Below are positions 61,485-64,000 of a stretch of 64,000 bases of DNA, piece by piece. The translations under genes and the position numbers were made by a program. Each line of letters begins with the position of its first letter. The stretch's first letter is position 1. Source of the DNA: Sarea resinae (lineage: Eukaryota); contig JAPEUD010000012.1 of assembly GCA_026026165.1 (NCBI GenBank), positions 186,001 to 250,000 on the forward strand, in the 5' to 3' direction. The notes beneath the pieces are model-generated. The model had not been told where the DNA came from. It saw nothing but the letters and a program-made list of their open reading frames with translations, and made no database searches.

Positions 61485-62259
61485 GCTACTTAAGATGTTT
61501 TCTTGGGCAGCGTTCGTTCGGTCAGCTTCCTACCTACTTTATCTTTCTTCATTTTCTCTCTTCGGCGGCTCGGGTTTCGGGGCACGGCGGGCTCGGCTTG
61601 CTCGCGTCATCTTCCACGCTCCTCTTTCATCGCATACCTGTTCATCACTTCGAGCGCAGGCGTTTTCTTGTCCTTTTCTTCGATATGCATGCATCCCTTG
61701 GGCACGGTATAGCTCGGGGGTGCGAGGTGCTCAGGGATTGGCGTTTGATACTTTTGTCCGCGATGAGTTATCGGCCACATTGGGCGCGAGCAGCGTATGC
61801 TCGCTGCGATAGGCAGTCCGAAGCACTTTGTTTGGCGGCTCTCTTCACTGTATATATACGATAGTAGGGCCGGATTTGCCCGTGAAAGCAATCCATACAT
61901 GCATACAACGTTCCTGACCTGTGCGATGATCGTCGTCTGCCATGATAAGTGAGTGAGGCACTCATGAACTGCGGTTCTGGTGGCTACAATGGATTGAATC
62001 ACGTGATCTTCCAGATCCAGCAAAGCGCCAATGCAGCGTCCTGTATGAAAGCGGAGAAAGATGCTCAGGCGCTCGCCTTTTCGATCTTCCCATCCATTGC
62101 CTCCAACAACCCTGCACGGCCGCGACAATTTTCGCAAAATCAGATCAACTTCGAGAGACTTTCATCTTTTTCTCGACTCTTCTCTCTCATCTCACCGCTC
62201 GGAGCTCCTCCAACCCTTTCAACGGTCGATTACGAGCACAACCGTGGCATCCAGTCCTC

Positions 62260-63188
62260 ATGGCGAAAATGACTAGCAGGATCACGAAAAGTAGTAGTAG
62301 TCATAACGCTACCGCCTACGCATCCAACATGAGGCCCGTGGCTCGTCCCAACGTCCTTGCCAGCTGCTACGCCGTCGACGCTCGTTCTATGGCGTTGCAG
62401 GGCTTCCACTACTCCACTACCGGGGCTGGCGGTAAGTCTTCACTTTGCACCAAAAAGATTTACTGTCCGATTTCATCTCGAAGAAGGTCGACTGACGCAC
62501 GCATCGCTAGGGGCCGAGTGGTATTCCTGAGGTCAGCTCGGGTATACCTTCACCACCCGAAAGTCCCCCACTCGCCGCCTACGCCGCCAAGAATGAGCAC
62601 TCGATCTCGAGAGTAGGCAAGGCGCAGCGAATGGGGGCTGTGTACACCATTGCGGAAGAGTGTGAGAGACTTTTCTGCGAGACATTCAGAACCGTTTTCC
62701 TTGGTGAGAGGGCAACGGCTGAGGACTCGCTGGCGATGGGTGCGCAAACGACAATGGCTTCAGATGGCTATTTTGGCCGCTATGGACAAGTCCGGGAGTG
62801 GGTCGAGGTGTGGGACTATGTCGGCGGATCGAATTTCCGAGGGTTCGTTGCTGGCGACGCAGACGATAGGACGTTGATTGTGTTCTTTGACGATGCCGTG
62901 GTTGGAAAGGACCTCAAGCAAGGGTATGCCTTGAAAGTCTGGTCTGGTCTGTTTGGCCTGGGGCTAATTTTCTCTAGGCTTATGGCGCTCATCGAGCTCG
63001 CAAGTACCGCGTGGTTGATGTGTTCCAGCCTCGTCGTATGTCTGAGCCGTGGCGACCAGCCGGCCGAGCTGAAGAGCCTGATGAGGGATCTCGGATGGGT
63101 TGGATTTGAGCTCATCACGCTCGACCGATGGGCGCATGCAAGGGATGTGACGAGCGATCAATATCTGCTCCTGGGCATGGACGTCTGA
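62260..63188 (+). CDS. OAZ1: Ornithine decarboxylase antizyme, expressed by +1 ribosomal frameshift at TCC-TGA (62525-62530); introns 62432-62510 and 62924-62977; ~264 aa
   Basis: Spliced ORF1 (63 codons) ends GGG GCC GAG TGG TAT TCC TGA. The +1 frame from 62529 continues EVSSGIPSPPESPP...IAEECERLFCE...EVWDYVGG..FRGFV...DLKQGLMALIELA....C..LVVC......LMRDLGWVGF, which matches the fungal antizyme domain. Confidence 0.93.
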
Positions 63189-64000
63189 GACAATGGGTCT
63201 CGATGGTCGCGCCCGGCCAGGGGACACGGCATGGCGTGCTACTTTATGTTTACCTTATTATTCCGATGGGTACTGTCCACTAATTTCGCCCATCATTTGG
63301 CCGGCAAGGGAGGATTTTTCGGTCATTTCAAGTTGCGTTGAAGAAAAAGCAGGCGAAGGTGGCTCGGTCAGGAAGTTATGATGGGTGTTGCTACGGGAGT
63401 CTGGAAGGTCGGTACCAAAAGCCAGACTTGAACAAAAGGGTTCCTTATCTACCATTGCCACTGCTATTGCCACTGCTATTGCTCTGGGCCCTGTAGTGAT
63501 TTCAATATAGCTTCTGTCTTTCATCTGGCACATGAGTGCAGTATCTTGAATGCATCCAGGTTGCGAGGAGCACTCTGTAACTCTGGAGTAGATTTGTAAT
63601 GCGTCTTTGCCGTCGATGTTTCGCGTGGTGGCATGATGGGCGGCAATTGGCGGGGTCGAGGGATTGCCTATCGATAAGCTGATAGGTGAGGTCTGACCGC
63701 CGCCGCGACGCAACCCAACGCACCGCAACCCACACACCACCGACCCCCTCGCGGCACCCGAGCCATCCGCAGTGCATCTGATGCGCCATCCTTTGAGATG
63801 ATTGCTCTTGTCGATGCTGCTGCTGTTGCTGCTGCCATCGAGAGTCCGTCCCCGCACTCAAGCCATCTGGAAAACGTCCACTGTCGACCACCAACAGAAG
63901 AGGGCAAAGACCATGCCCTACGGCTTTGCGAGCCACGGCTCGGACCCAAAGGAGCCACTGTTCCCGCAGTATCTGTTCCCCTCGATCCCGTTCCGACGGC

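Overview
Eukaryotic, intron-containing DNA from a filamentous ascomycete. Pezizomycotina is inferred from the protein sequences and the GT..CTRAC/CTAAY..YAG introns. I hand-built 19 protein-coding genes. Most are housekeeping: CIA84-like PPR protein, mitochondrial S18, VAC7, WEE1/SWE1 kinase, AIP1, a YGL140C-like FUSC/ArAE membrane protein, SAGA ADA1, PRP6, xylitol/sorbitol dehydrogenase, DIM1, GYP1, an HRP1/Musashi-type RRM protein, a GH128 glucanase, NASP/Sim3, DPB2, a TRP-like FLC/Pkd2 channel, MPE1 and ODC antizyme. I saw no tRNA, rRNA, transposon or CRISPR. The best novelty candidate is a 7-exon secreted-protein gene at 5735-7005 (minus strand), of which the ORF track shows only the last two exons. 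It encodes a signal peptide, three CxRDxxGRC repeats plus one diverged copy (each on its own mini-exon), a Kex2-like KR site and a LysM domain, and all six introns are phase 1. Several post-transcriptional control signals also stand out: a +1 programmed frameshift in antizyme, a 1.29-kb structured intron with a poison acceptor in HRP1, an ATG-depleted ~880-nt leader with one uORF in MPE1, and a 231-nt stop-free in-frame intron rich in CDK sites in WEE1. Gene names come from motif recognition only, with no database search. Splice models were read by eye.
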